Positions 8,750 to 19,739 are shown, counted from the stretch's first letter. The stretch is DNA of 31,221 nucleotides from Clostridia bacterium (GCA_900769375.1 CAAGGN010000124.1:1-31221); one strand, 5' to 3'. Program-made: numbers and translations. Notes: generated from the letters alone by a model not told the origin.

Positions 8750-9307
8750 TTATGCGATATATCTTTTGATTTGCGGGCTTTTGAAAATGAGGGCGGTAGC
8801 TATGGCGGTAATCACCATTTCAGGAAGCATATAAGCCCCGTTATAGCAGAAGGAATACCACCAAGCATTATCCCATTCGCACCAGATATCAAAGATAACT
8901 CCGCCCGTAATAAAGTGGCATATAAATCTTAAAAACACGGCGAGGCAAACGCCCAATACTATACCAACGGTGCCCTTTTTTCTGAATATACCCGCAAAGC
9001 CCAAAACGGTATATGCAAGGATATAGTCGATAAGGAACGTGGCTATCAAGGCGGTGGGGGTAAGTCCCCATCCCATAACCTCTGCAAAGGAAAGCCCCAT
9101 TTGAATTAGAGAATAAACGAAGGTGGCTATAAAGCCCCATTTTGTACCGAGCATCAGTACCATCATAGCGATAGGCACCATACTCATAATAGTAACGCCG
9201 CCGCCAAGAGGCATTTCGATGGGTTTAAACATACTGAGGACTGTGCCAAGGGCAATAAATATCGCCGAAAGGCAGATTTTAAAGGTTGCGTTTTTTGTGT
9301 TTTTCAT
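8750..9307 (-). CDS. thiT: ECF-type thiamine transporter S component
   Basis: Hydrophobic 185 aa with MPLGGGVT, IDYILAY, RFICHFITG, YSFCYNGAYMLPE; TPP riboswitch upstream. Confidence 0.9.
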   Translation of the reverse strand: MKNTKNATFKICLSAIFIALGTVLSMFKPIEMPLGGGVTIMSMVPIAMMVLMLGTKWGFIATFVYSLIQMGLSFAEVMGWGLTPTALIATFLIDYILAYTVLGFAGIFRKKGTVGIVLGVCLAVFLRFICHFITGGVIFDIWCEWDNAWWYSFCYNGAYMLPEMVITAIATALIFKSPQIKRYIA

Positions 9308-9379
9308 AATTTCCTCTTTTCCTTCGGGGGCAAGGTTTTTTATCGCTGCAGCTACTTTTATTTTAACCGTATTTCAGTC

Positions 9380-9412
9380 AAAACAAAAAGCCGCAGGCGA
9401 TAACCTGCGGCA
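9380..9412 (-). terminator. Riboswitch expression-platform terminator
   Basis: GCCGCAGG/CCTGCGGC stem followed on the minus strand by TTTTTGTTTT, between the aptamer and thiT. Confidence 0.75.
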
Positions 9413-9429
9413 AATTTTGCATATTGCAA

Positions 9430-9531
9430 TTTTTCCTACGGCGGCATTATCCGCATCAGGTTACCGGTCGAAGCATAGCCAGAATTTCTGGCGCCTTCCT
9501 CTCAGCCGAATTTCATTCAGCTCCCGAAAAT
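9430..9531 (-). ncRNA. TPP riboswitch
   Basis: Minus strand GGGAGC...GGCTGAGAG...GACCGGTAACCTGATGCGGATAATGCCGCCGTAGGAA matches the THI-box consensus; upstream of thiT. Confidence 0.95.
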
Positions 9532-9573
9532 TATATTTTATTTGTTTTTATTTTAGCACTAATTTTTCATTTG

Positions 9574-12321
9574 TCAAGTATCATCTTTTTCATTGAAAGC
9601 CGAAAGGTCTATTTTAAAACCGCCTTCAAAGCTTTCTCCCTTACCGAAATCAATATGGTGGGTTGCCTCGGTTATAGAGGGTATATCGTCAAGGATATGA
9701 GGTTTTTCTTCTTCCATCCTCTTTTCCTCCATATACTCTCTTGCTACCTCGGCAAGTTCCTCTTTATGCCACTTATCCAAAAGCTCCTCGCCTTCGGGAT
9801 ATTCGCTCATTACAGGATGCTTTTTAAAGTAAAGGGCGCAGACGATAAAGTAAATTAAGAATAGGGTCCAAGCGCCGATGGAAATTTCAGTACCAAGGGC
9901 AAGAGCAGGGGTTTCGTAATTAAAGCGGATAACGCTATCGCCCTTATCAACCTTAACCGCCATAAAGCCGTTCATAACCCTTTCAATAGGTGTCTTTACC
10001 CCGTCGACCGTGGCGGACCAGCCCTCCTCAAAGGGTACCGAGAAGAACACAAGCGAGGTTTTATCTCTCTTGACCTTAGCGGTAAAGCCCTTATTATCCA
10101 CAGAGAATTCATAAGCCGAGGTTTTCGAGAGCTTGGCGCTATCCTTCGCAACCTGCTCGTCGGTGGTGACGAGATTCATCTCTTCCTCTTCCTCGGTTTC
10201 CTCTGCGGTAGGCGTAGATTCCGTACCGTCGGTAATGACGCTATCAACATATCCCATAGAATCGGCAAGGGGATCAGATCCCACATACTCGGGTAACTCA
10301 ATCACAGTGGTTTCTTTCCATAAATCGCTGATATCGGTCATAATATCGCCGTATTTTTCTATCTGCCTATCCGTCAGCACAATTGCCTTAAGCATCATAC
10401 GGGTTTTGGTTACCTCGTCATAGGATTCAAAGGTTTCCCTATCCATAAAATACTCATAAGAAAAGCCGTATGGAATATAGTTTTGATTTTCGTAGATATA
10501 ATATCCGCTTTTGGTATCAATATACTTATATCCCGCCATCAAAGTTTCCCCGTTTTCATCCACAAAGCTATCATCGCAGGTGGCGTTTATAAGGTATTTT
10601 ACCGATAAAAGATTTCTGAGAGCACCGTATTTTGTATCGGGGCGACTCGCTACGTCACGCTCTATGCCAATACTGCCGTAAAACTCCATTAGAGATCCCG
10701 GAACTACCGAATGGAAGGCATTTATTGAAGGGTAACCGAGATACATAGCCGTATTATCCATACCGTCGTATACGTCGATACGGTAATTGCTATCATCCCC
10801 TAAATCAAGGTCGCCCTCAATAAGTCGGTCAATAACAACCTCATCTATCTTATGAGAATGTTGCCTTCCCGTATAGATATAAACATTACCGAAAATTACT
10901 GCGATTACAGCCGTACAGGCAACCGCCGATTTTATAAATGCATCCTTGTTTTTCTTTAAAAGCCGAAGCAATAAATATGCGACAATAAGAGATACAACCG
11001 CTATGGCGACAGAAACGAAAAATCTCGCCTTATAGGTCAAGCTTTCGCTATTTGTATAAAGTCCGTAAACTATTTCACCGTCATCGTTTTTTCTCGGGAA
11101 GAAACCGATAACAAGGGCGAAGGCAAGGGTTATGGCCGCAGTCCACCTGAAACCGTTTTTAATTTCGGGGGCTCTATCTTCAAAGAGCGAGGCGGTGGCA
11201 AGGCACATCATAAGAATGGGCATATAAAACCAACGGGCATAGTATGCCGAGTTGAAGGCATAAAAGGCGCTGTTTAAAATCGGCACCATAGCGCAAAGGG
11301 CGCAGATACATATCATACGCTTGAGCCAATGTCCTTTTTTGCCGATTAAAAATCCGCTCACGCCTATCATACTAAAGAGCGGGAGCCAACCGCCCAGTGA
11401 TGACCATTTTACATTGGCCTCGGGGAAAAATACGGGACGAGCGGGAATATCGGGCGGGAAAAAGAAGCACTGCAAAACGTTAAGATAAATCTGCTCCTTA
11501 CCGTAGGTTATAGCGCTCCAACCGATAAGGGTATCGGAGAGTCGGGTATTTGAAAGTATGGCGGCAATAGACGGAAGCAATAAAACCGAAGCCATTAAAA
11601 CGCCTAAAACCGCCTCGAAAATTAAAACGAGGAAGCGGCTAAAAGGTACCTTTATGGCCTTGCCGAATATTCTTACAAAGAAATAGAGGGCGGTAAATAC
11701 CACCATACCGAAAAAGAAGAAATAGTTAACAAGGGCGCAGATAAAAACCGCAAGAGCAAATACACCGCGTCGGTTTTCGGTTATAAGTAATTCCAATGCC
11801 AACAAAAGAAGCGGGAAGAACACCAATGCCTCGTGGAAATGGTTAAAGAAAATGTTATAAACCGAAAAGCCCGAGAAGGCGTACATAAGTCCGCCAAGAG
11901 AAGCAAACATTGGATTTTTAACAAATCTGCGGATATAAAGATACGCCGTAAAGGCGGCTAAAGCGAATTTTAAAATAAGAAGGGGCGCTAAAAGGTAGGG
12001 TACGAAATTATTTGGGAAAAGAAGGGTAAACCAGAAAAACGGACTTCCGAGAAGGTAAAAGGAATATGAGCCGATGAAATTAGCGCCTAAATCGGTATAG
12101 AAGTTCCAACCCGTATTGCCCGATTTTATGGCCTCGTGGGCAAGCTGATAAAAGGGAATTTGCTGAGCGTTATAATCCCCGTAAAATATGAAATATCCAC
12201 CGTCTGAAATAATATATGGCAAAAACATTAAAAGGGCGGCGGCAAGAGCAATCAGAAAAGTAAAAAGTCCTTTTTCTTTCTGAGGTTTTAAGGAAATCAT
12301 CTTATTATAAGAAAAATTCAC
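9574..12321 (-). CDS. YfhO-family (GT-C fold) membrane glycosyltransferase
   Basis: GDYNAQQIPFY, YLLGSPF, many TM helices, extracytoplasmic domain ending SVPFEEGWSATVDG...GFMAVKV...FNY, then a TM helix. Confidence 0.88.
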   Translation of the reverse strand: MNFSYNKMISLKPQKEKGLFTFLIALAAALLMFLPYIISDGGYFIFYGDYNAQQIPFYQLAHEAIKSGNTGWNFYTDLGANFIGSYSFYLLGSPFFWFTLLFPNNFVPYLLAPLLILKFALAAFTAYLYIRRFVKNPMFASLGGLMYAFSGFSVYNIFFNHFHEALVFFPLLLLALELLITENRRGVFALAVFICALVNYFFFFGMVVFTALYFFVRIFGKAIKVPFSRFLVLIFEAVLGVLMASVLLLPSIAAILSNTRLSDTLIGWSAITYGKEQIYLNVLQCFFFPPDIPARPVFFPEANVKWSSLGGWLPLFSMIGVSGFLIGKKGHWLKRMICICALCAMVPILNSAFYAFNSAYYARWFYMPILMMCLATASLFEDRAPEIKNGFRWTAAITLAFALVIGFFPRKNDDGEIVYGLYTNSESLTYKARFFVSVAIAVVSLIVAYLLLRLLKKNKDAFIKSAVACTAVIAVIFGNVYIYTGRQHSHKIDEVVIDRLIEGDLDLGDDSNYRIDVYDGMDNTAMYLGYPSINAFHSVVPGSLMEFYGSIGIERDVASRPDTKYGALRNLLSVKYLINATCDDSFVDENGETLMAGYKYIDTKSGYYIYENQNYIPYGFSYEYFMDRETFESYDEVTKTRMMLKAIVLTDRQIEKYGDIMTDISDLWKETTVIELPEYVGSDPLADSMGYVDSVITDGTESTPTAEETEEEEEMNLVTTDEQVAKDSAKLSKTSAYEFSVDNKGFTAKVKRDKTSLVFFSVPFEEGWSATVDGVKTPIERVMNGFMAVKVDKGDSVIRFNYETPALALGTEISIGAWTLFLIYFIVCALYFKKHPVMSEYPEGEELLDKWHKEELAEVAREYMEEKRMEEEKPHILDDIPSITEATHHIDFGKGESFEGGFKIDLSAFNEKDDT

Positions 12322-12440
12322 GATCCTTTCTCCTCCTCTTTAAAAAAATCTTTTATATCTTATTGATATTATACCAAAAAATGCTATAATATTCAATAGT
12401 ATGAATGTTGCTTTTTTGTTTGCGAAAGGAAGTAAGAAGA

Positions 12441-13451
12441 ATGCAAACCTTTAACTTTAAATCCGCGCCCATCAAGGTTTACGGCGCGCCGCTTTTTGAA
12501 AAAACGGGCACCTTTGAACGTTTCCCAAAGGAGCTTTTACCCTATTTTACCGCCATAAGCAAAAATCCTTGCGATCTTCGTAGAAGATGCGCGGGAGCAA
12601 GGGTTTGCTTCAAAACCGATTCTCCTACCGTTACGGTTACTGTAAAAATCGAAAAATTGGAACTTGATATAGGTATGTCACTTTTTTCGGGGGATGCAGT
12701 TGCCGTAATTTCCGGCTCCCGCCAAAATTTCAGATACAGAGGTCTTATTTATCCCACCAACTACGAGCAGACCGAATATTCCCGCACGGTTTATAAAGAA
12801 GCATATATGGAAGATGTTATGCTGTGTCTGCCTCGCAACAGTTATATAAAGGACATTGAAATCGGTATTGCGGATGGTTGCAGTTTAGAAGCCCCCACCC
12901 CATACAAAATCCAAAAGCCCGTGGTTTTCTACGGTTCATCCATAACCGAAGGGGCTCACAGTTCTCTCCCCTTTACCTGCTATACCGCCCTCCTTTCAAA
13001 CCGACTCGATTTTGATTATTATAATCTCGGTTTTTCGGGCTCGGCTATGGGCGAAAAGGAAATGGCGGAATATATTGCAAAGTTTGATATGAGCGCCTTT
13101 GTCTTTGATTACGACCATAACGCTCCGAATTTGGAACACCTCAAAAACACCCACGAGCCCTTCTTTAAAATCATAAGAGAGGCACACCCCGATTTGCCCG
13201 TTATAATGATGTCTAAACCTAAGGCGAAATATGAAAAGGGCGACCTTTTAAGAAAAGAAGTTATAAAAGAAACCTTCGAAAACGCCAAGAAGAACGGGGA
13301 TAAAAATGTTTATTTTGTTGACGGGGAAACCTTCTTCGGCGAAACCGATCGGGATATCTGCTCTACCGATGCCACCCACCCCAACGACATAGGTTTTATT
13401 CGTATGGCCGACGTTTTAGAGCCAATTTTGAAAAAGGCGCTTAATATTTAA
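12441..13451 (+). CDS. SGNH/GDSL-family esterase
   Basis: VFYGSSITEG (block I), NLGFSG, DYDHN, DATHPND (D-x-x-H). Confidence 0.88.
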   Translation: MQTFNFKSAPIKVYGAPLFEKTGTFERFPKELLPYFTAISKNPCDLRRRCAGARVCFKTDSPTVTVTVKIEKLELDIGMSLFSGDAVAVISGSRQNFRYRGLIYPTNYEQTEYSRTVYKEAYMEDVMLCLPRNSYIKDIEIGIADGCSLEAPTPYKIQKPVVFYGSSITEGAHSSLPFTCYTALLSNRLDFDYYNLGFSGSAMGEKEMAEYIAKFDMSAFVFDYDHNAPNLEHLKNTHEPFFKIIREAHPDLPVIMMSKPKAKYEKGDLLRKEVIKETFENAKKNGDKNVYFVDGETFFGETDRDICSTDATHPNDIGFIRMADVLEPILKKALNI

Positions 13452-13538
13452 ATTTTTTTAACATAAAGTTAACAATTTTAGAGTAAAATTTTGGAAAACA
13501 GTTAAGAATAATATAAATTGACGAAAGGCGGAAATAAG

Positions 13539-16529
13539 TTGCTACAACTTAAAAACATTATTAAGGATTATCCCGCAGGCGACGGTGCAGTTCACGCCCT
13601 CAGGGGAATCGACCTTAATTTCAGAAGCAGCGAATTTGTATCCATTTTAGGCCCATCGGGTTGCGGAAAGACCACTATGCTTAATATCATAGGCGGTCTT
13701 GATAAATACACTGAGGGTGACCTTGTTATTAACGGTCGCTCCACCAAGGAATTCGGCGATAGAGATTGGGACTCCTACCGAAATCACTCGGTTGGCTTCG
13801 TTTTCCAAAGCTATAACCTTATCCCTCATCAGTCGGTTTTGCAGAATGTGGAATTGGCTTTAAGCTTATCGGGCGTTTCCAAATCCGAGCGGAGAAGGAG
13901 AGCTAAAGAGGCCCTTTGCGAAGTTGGACTTTCTGAGCAAATCAATAAAAAGCCCAGTGAAATGTCGGGCGGTCAGATGCAGAGAGTAGCAATAGCCCGA
14001 GCCATTGTTAATAACCCCGATATCATTCTTGCCGATGAGCCCACGGGCGCGCTGGATACCGAAACCAGTGTTCAGGTTATGGAAATTTTGAAGGAAATTT
14101 CCAAAGACCGCCTCGTTATTATGGTTACCCATAACCCCGATCTTGCAAAAACCTATTCCACCCGTATTGTGCGTATGCTCGACGGAGTTATAACCGAGGA
14201 TTCTATGCCACTTAGCGATAAGGAAATAGCGTCAGAGGAGGAAAAGGCGACGGCTAAAACCGAGCTTGACAAGAAGGCCAAAAAGCCCTCTATGTCCATT
14301 TTTACCTCCTTCGCCCTCTCTCTTAAAAACTTAGTTTCAAAAAAAGGCAGAACCCTCCTTACCTCCTTTGCGGGAAGCATCGGTATTATAGGTATCGCTC
14401 TTATTTATGCCGTTTCCCAAGGTACCACCGCTTATATTGACGCTGTGCAGGAGGATACTCTCGCTTCCTATCCTTTGACTATCGAAGAACAGCATACCGA
14501 TATAAATTCTCTCTTTACCGCATTTTTAGGTCAGGCAGAATCCAGCGGCGAACACGAAAAGGACGCGGTTTACCAGAAAGCTATGATGTACGAACTGGTT
14601 AACGCCCTTAATTCCACTAAGGTTAACGAAAATGACCTTAACGCCTTCAAAACATTCATTGAAAAAGAAATGAAGGATAAAGAAAGCGAACTTTACAAGG
14701 CCCTTACCGGCGTCCAGTACACCTACAATACGGATATGCTTGTATACACCAAGAATGTTGACGGCACCATAATCGAATCCGATTCCACCAAGCTTTTGCA
14801 GGAACTCCTTATAGAATATATGGGCATGGATTTATCGCCTATGATGTCTATGAGCCCCCAAAGTCCCGCCTCATCTATGATGACCACCGGAGCTGTTTTA
14901 TGGCAAGAAATGCTTTCAGGCGAGGGCGGTAACACCGTAAACGACGTTCTTAAGAAGCAGTATGACGTGATTTACGGCAAGTGGCCTTCCCGCTATAACG
15001 AAATCGTTTTGGTTGTTGATGAAAATAATGAAATCGACGATATGACCCTTTATGCTTTAGGTCTTAAATCCAAGGAAGATATGGATGCTTTAGCCGAAGC
15101 CGCATTTAATAAGACCAATGTTGAAATCAAGGAAACCAAATGGTCCTACGAAGAAATCTGCGATATGAATTTCAAGGTGGTTTTCCCAAGTAATTGTTAT
15201 ACCTATGATGAAACTACCGATACATTTACCGACCTTCGCAATACGCAGGCAGGTATGAAATACCTTTATGATAACGGTGTTTCCTTGAAGGTTACGGGAA
15301 TCATAAGACCCAACGAGGAAGCCGTTTCCACTATGCTTTCGGGCACTATCGGTTATACCCATCTACTGACCCGTCATATAATCGAAAACTCCAAGGATTC
15401 CGCCGCCGTTAAGGCGCAGCTTGAAAATACACATACCGATATTTTCACAGGGCTTCCCTTCAAAGAAAATACCGGTAATCTCACCGATGACGAAAAGGCG
15501 ACAGAATTTAAAAAGTATATAAAAGAGCTGGGTAATAAGGCCAAGGCCGAGGCATATATCAAAATGATGAGTATTCCTTCAAAGAAGGAAACCGATGCCG
15601 CCGTAAGCGGAATGCTTAAAGGTATGAAGCGCGCCGATATGGAAGCCGCCTTATCGACTGCTTTAGGTCAGCAGATGTCAATGTCTGAAGGAGAAATTAA
15701 AAAATACCTTAAATCCCTTACCGATGAGGATTTAACGGAAATCTTTACACAGATGATGACCGAGCACTATAAAATGCAGTATGCCGAAGGGGTTAAAGCG
15801 CAGCTGTCTGCCCTTCCGGAAGAGCAGCTTTTAATGGGGCTCAACGCCACGCTCCCAACCCTTAATAAAGAGCGACTTGTAGAGCTTTATGACGGTGTTT
15901 TAGAGTTCTCCGATTCAACCTATGAGAGCAATTTGCAGAAACTCGGCTATGTTGATTTAAATACCCCCGCCACCGTTAACCTCTATGCCGCCACCTTCGA
16001 GGATAAGGACGTTATCGAAGAGGTTATCGCAGAATATAACAAAGATAAAGAGGAAATGGAGAAAATCACCTATACCGATTATGTAGGACTTATGATGTCA
16101 TCGGTTACCACCATCATAAACGCCATAACCTATGTACTTATCGCCTTTGTTGCGGTTTCCCTTATCGTTTCTTCCATAATGATAGGCGTTATCACCCTTA
16201 TTTCCGTTCAGGAAAGAACAAAGGAAATCGGTATTCTCAGAGCCATTGGCGCTTCGAAGAAGAACGTTTCAAGTATGTTTAACGCCGAAACGGTTATGAT
16301 CGGCTTCGCCGCAGGACTTACGGGCGTCCTCGTAACCTATCTTTTATGCATACCCATAAACGCAATTCTTAATTACTTTACGGGTATTGCAAATCTTAAA
16401 GCAATTTTGCCCCTGCCCGTTGCGATTATTCTTATTGCCATAAGCGTAATTTTAACCCTCTTTGCAGGTATAATTCCTTCAAAGAGCGCCGCCAAAAAAG
16501 ACCCCGTAGTAGCGCTTAGAAGTGAATAA
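13539..16529 (+). CDS. Fused ABC ATPase-permease (MacB/FtsX-like)
   Basis: GPSGCGKT, MSGGQMQR, ILADEPTGALD; TM1, large extracellular domain, SVQERTKEIGILRAIGA, AAKKDPVVALRSE; TTG start inferred from the RBS. Confidence 0.93.
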   Translation: MLQLKNIIKDYPAGDGAVHALRGIDLNFRSSEFVSILGPSGCGKTTMLNIIGGLDKYTEGDLVINGRSTKEFGDRDWDSYRNHSVGFVFQSYNLIPHQSVLQNVELALSLSGVSKSERRRRAKEALCEVGLSEQINKKPSEMSGGQMQRVAIARAIVNNPDIILADEPTGALDTETSVQVMEILKEISKDRLVIMVTHNPDLAKTYSTRIVRMLDGVITEDSMPLSDKEIASEEEKATAKTELDKKAKKPSMSIFTSFALSLKNLVSKKGRTLLTSFAGSIGIIGIALIYAVSQGTTAYIDAVQEDTLASYPLTIEEQHTDINSLFTAFLGQAESSGEHEKDAVYQKAMMYELVNALNSTKVNENDLNAFKTFIEKEMKDKESELYKALTGVQYTYNTDMLVYTKNVDGTIIESDSTKLLQELLIEYMGMDLSPMMSMSPQSPASSMMTTGAVLWQEMLSGEGGNTVNDVLKKQYDVIYGKWPSRYNEIVLVVDENNEIDDMTLYALGLKSKEDMDALAEAAFNKTNVEIKETKWSYEEICDMNFKVVFPSNCYTYDETTDTFTDLRNTQAGMKYLYDNGVSLKVTGIIRPNEEAVSTMLSGTIGYTHLLTRHIIENSKDSAAVKAQLENTHTDIFTGLPFKENTGNLTDDEKATEFKKYIKELGNKAKAEAYIKMMSIPSKKETDAAVSGMLKGMKRADMEAALSTALGQQMSMSEGEIKKYLKSLTDEDLTEIFTQMMTEHYKMQYAEGVKAQLSALPEEQLLMGLNATLPTLNKERLVELYDGVLEFSDSTYESNLQKLGYVDLNTPATVNLYAATFEDKDVIEEVIAEYNKDKEEMEKITYTDYVGLMMSSVTTIINAITYVLIAFVAVSLIVSSIMIGVITLISVQERTKEIGILRAIGASKKNVSSMFNAETVMIGFAAGLTGVLVTYLLCIPINAILNYFTGIANLKAILPLPVAIILIAISVILTLFAGIIPSKSAAKKDPVVALRSE

Positions 16530-16535
16530 AATTTT

Positions 16536-16609
16536 GTAGGGGACGATGCCCACATCGTCCCTTTTTTTATTTTAAAATTATTCGGGCGGATGTAGGCATC
16601 CGCCCCTAC
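16536..16609. repeat. Inverted pair of GTAG REP elements (REPIN/BIME-like)
   Basis: GTAGGGGACGATGCCCACATCGTCCC (16536-16561) and inverted CGGGCGGATGTAGGCATCCGCCCCTAC (16583-16609). Confidence 0.75.
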
Positions 16610-16625
16610 AAAAATTGATATATGC

Positions 16626-16660
16626 AAAAACGGTGTGCAGATTTTCTGCACACCGTTTAT
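16626..16660. terminator. Bidirectional terminator
   Basis: AAACGGTGTGCAG-loop-CTGCACACCGTTT between convergent genes. Confidence 0.82.
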
Positions 16661-17584
16661 TTATGCTTTTTTCTTAATTATTTCGGGGAGTTGGGCGATG
16701 ATTATGGCGGCGAAGACAAGGGCGCAACCTAAAAATTCTCTGCCGCTCATTATATCCCCCGCTATAATCCAACCGCCGAGGGCGGCGAAAACGCTTTCCA
16801 AGCTCATGGAAATGGATGCAACTGCCGGCTCGGCATAGCGTTGACCTATTATTTGCAAGGTATAGGCAACGCCGCTTGACATTATGCCAAGGTATGCAAT
16901 TTGAGGTGCGGCGGCAAGGATATTTTCTACCCTGAATCCACCTTTTTCAAATATGAGGGATAGAATAAGAGATAAAATTCCGCAAACCATAAACTGCATA
17001 AAGGAAAGTCGCACTCCGTCTACCCTGTCGCCTATGCTATCAACCGTAATAATATGGAAGGTGAAGCAGAAGGCGCAGCAGAGCATCAATATATCTCCAA
17101 GGTAAATTCCCGAAAAGCCCTCTGACATACAAAGGAAATATGTACCTATAAGGGCAACCGCTACGCCGCCCCAGATAATAGGCGATGCTTTTTTCTTAAA
17201 AAAGAGGGCAACAACGGGCACTAAAACCACATAAATCGCCGTTAAAAATCCGCCTCTTGCCGATGCGGCTACCCCTTCGGGATAGACGGTCAGTCCCGCT
17301 TGTTGAAAATTAACCGAAATCGTCAACAGAACTCCGCAAATAAGACCGCCTATAAGGGTGATTCTTCGGTTTTCCTTATTTTCGGGAATAAATTTTTCCT
17401 TGGTTATCAAACATTTTATCCATAAAATTATTAAAAGAATTGCGGCGCCCAAAAATGACCTTAAGCAGTTAAAGGCGAAGGGCGGAATATGGGCGGCGGC
17501 ATCGCTTTGGGCAACAAAGGCAAGTCCCCAGATAAGCGCCGCAAGGCAGAGAATAGCGCTGCCCTTAAGGTTATTTCTTTTCAT
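16661..17584 (-). CDS. DMT/EamA family transporter
   Basis: About 10 TM helices, AALIWGLAFVAQ, AYTLQIIGQ, SLESVFAALGG. Confidence 0.9.
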   Translation of the reverse strand: MKRNNLKGSAILCLAALIWGLAFVAQSDAAAHIPPFAFNCLRSFLGAAILLIILWIKCLITKEKFIPENKENRRITLIGGLICGVLLTISVNFQQAGLTVYPEGVAASARGGFLTAIYVVLVPVVALFFKKKASPIIWGGVAVALIGTYFLCMSEGFSGIYLGDILMLCCAFCFTFHIITVDSIGDRVDGVRLSFMQFMVCGILSLILSLIFEKGGFRVENILAAAPQIAYLGIMSSGVAYTLQIIGQRYAEPAVASISMSLESVFAALGGWIIAGDIMSGREFLGCALVFAAIIIAQLPEIIKKKA

Positions 17585-19739
17585 TTTCTAACTTCTCTTT
17601 TCGCATAGTGAGTGAAATTCGGTTTTTGCTTATATCGGTATCGAGTACCCAAACGGTTACCACATCTCCGACCTTAAGCGCTTCGCTTGGGTGCTTAATA
17701 AACTTATTAGTAATCTGGGAGATATGAACAAGGCCGTCCTGATGGACGCCGATATCTATAAACGCGCCGAAATCTATAACGTTTCTGACCGTTCCCGTAA
17801 GCTCCATACCACGCTTTAAATCCTCGATGGACATAACATCGTGACGGAGAAGGGGCGGGGGTAATTCGTCACGGGGGTCGCGACCCGGTTTTCCGAGTTC
17901 GGAAACAATATCTTTAAGGGTGGGAACGCCGATTTGGAGGCGCTTTGCAACATTTTCTTCGCCCAAAGTTTCTACCCTTTCGGCAAGCTCCTTAACATTC
18001 CCCTTTTTAACGTCCTCATCCGTATATCCGCAAAGGGTTAAAAGGGCCTTGGCTGCCTTATAGCTTTCGGGGTGAACGGCGGTATTATCAAGGACATTTT
18101 TTCCGTCCGTAATTCTCAAAAATCCCGCGCACTGCTCGAAGGCCTTGGGGCCGAGTTTGGATACCTTTTTAAGTTCTCCGCTCTCGGTGAAAACGCCGTT
18201 TTCTTCGCGGTATGCCACGATGTTTTTAGCAACCGCTCCGCTAATTCCCGCAACTCGCGATAAAAGCTGAACAGAAGCGGTATTAAGGTCAACTCCAACC
18301 GAGTTTACGCAGGTTTCCACAACGCCGTCAAGAGCGGATGCGAGTTCCTTTTCGGGCATATCGTGCTGATACTGACCGACACCTATGGCCTTGGGGTCGA
18401 TTTTAACGAGTTCCGCCAATGGATCCTGCATTCTGCGGGCAATGGAAACGGCGCTGCGAAGAGAAACATCGTACTCGGGAAACTCTTCTGCCGCAAGCTT
18501 GGAAGCGGAATAAACACTTGCTCCCGCCTCACTTACTACCATATAGGAAACGCCCGTAGCAAGTTCTTTAATAACCTCGGCGGCGAAAACCTCGGTTTCG
18601 TGACTTGCGGTACCGTTGCCGATAGCAAAGGTGCGAACATCATACTTTTTAACGAGATTTTTTATAACCGCTTTGGCTTCTTCAATTTTACTATGGGGCG
18701 GGGCGGGATAGATAACGCCCGTATCCAAAACCTTGCCCGTTCCGTCTACAACTGCCACCTTGCAACCCGTTCTGTAACCGGGGTCAAGACCGATAGTTAC
18801 GCTATTTTTAACGGGGGGTTGCATTAAAAGTTGACGAAGATTAGTAGAGAAAACCTTGATTGCCGATTCACTGGCTTTTGCGGTGAGTTCGTTTCTCATT
18901 TCTCTTTCTATTGAGGGGAAAATAAGGCGGGTATAGGCATCCTCTGCCGCCTCTTTTACATAGGCAGTAGCGGGCGAGCCCTCTTTGATATGGTTTTTAG
19001 AGATAATAAACATGGCTTTTTCTCTATCAAAATCCACCGACACCTTAAGAAAATCTTCCTTTTCGCCTCGGTTTACGGCAAGAATTCTATGGGAAGGAAT
19101 TTTGGAAAGGGGCTCAGTATAATCGGCGTACATTTCATAAACGCCCAAATCCTCTTTATCTCCCTTAACAACGAGGTTTCCGTGAGCCATACAAACAAAG
19201 CGCATACGCTTTCTTATATCCGCGTCATCGGAAATAATTTCGGCAATAATATCCTTAGCGCCCGCAATGGCTTCTTCTACCGTGTTTACGCCGAGTTCTT
19301 CGTTTATATATTCCTCTGCCGCCTTTTCGATATCGGGGCCGTCGGGCTCTTGGGCGTAAATGAGTTCTGCCAAAGGAGAAAGTCCTTTTTCCTTTGCCAC
19401 CGATGCTCTGGTTTTACGCTTTTTCTTAAAGGGGCGATAGAGGTCATCAAGCTCCGTAAGTGTTACGGCGGCGTCAATAGCGGCAGATAATTCCTCTGTT
19501 AGTGCGCCCTGCTCCTCAATAGCGGCCTTTATCTTTTCCCTCGTTTCGTCCATATTACGAAGATAGTTAAGACGGTCAAAAAGCTCTCTTAAAACCTGGT
19601 CGTCAAGAGAGCCCGTCATTTCCTTGCGGTAACGGGCGATAAAGGGTATGGTATTATCCTCATCAATGAGCTTTACAGTGTTTTCTACCTGCCAAGGTTT
19701 CAGAGAAAACTCGGCGGTTAATTTTTCTATTACGGTCAT
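17571..19739 (-). CDS. tex: Tex family RNA-binding transcriptional accessory protein
   Basis: NTIPFIARYRKEMTGSLD, GLDPGYRTGCK, IGNGTASHET, SEAGASVYSAS, HhH motifs, C-terminal S1 domain. Confidence 0.96.
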   Translation of the reverse strand: MTVIEKLTAEFSLKPWQVENTVKLIDEDNTIPFIARYRKEMTGSLDDQVLRELFDRLNYLRNMDETREKIKAAIEEQGALTEELSAAIDAAVTLTELDDLYRPFKKKRKTRASVAKEKGLSPLAELIYAQEPDGPDIEKAAEEYINEELGVNTVEEAIAGAKDIIAEIISDDADIRKRMRFVCMAHGNLVVKGDKEDLGVYEMYADYTEPLSKIPSHRILAVNRGEKEDFLKVSVDFDREKAMFIISKNHIKEGSPATAYVKEAAEDAYTRLIFPSIEREMRNELTAKASESAIKVFSTNLRQLLMQPPVKNSVTIGLDPGYRTGCKVAVVDGTGKVLDTGVIYPAPPHSKIEEAKAVIKNLVKKYDVRTFAIGNGTASHETEVFAAEVIKELATGVSYMVVSEAGASVYSASKLAAEEFPEYDVSLRSAVSIARRMQDPLAELVKIDPKAIGVGQYQHDMPEKELASALDGVVETCVNSVGVDLNTASVQLLSRVAGISGAVAKNIVAYREENGVFTESGELKKVSKLGPKAFEQCAGFLRITDGKNVLDNTAVHPESYKAAKALLTLCGYTDEDVKKGNVKELAERVETLGEENVAKRLQIGVPTLKDIVSELGKPGRDPRDELPPPLLRHDVMSIEDLKRGMELTGTVRNVIDFGAFIDIGVHQDGLVHISQITNKFIKHPSEALKVGDVVTVWVLDTDISKNRISLTMRKEKLENEKK

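Noticed and set aside
9123..9858. Plus-strand ORFs of 157 and 144 aa, and similar antisense ORFs across the window
   Set aside because: Shadows of thiT, the TPP riboswitch, yfhO and other well-supported genes on the opposite strand; no motifs of their own
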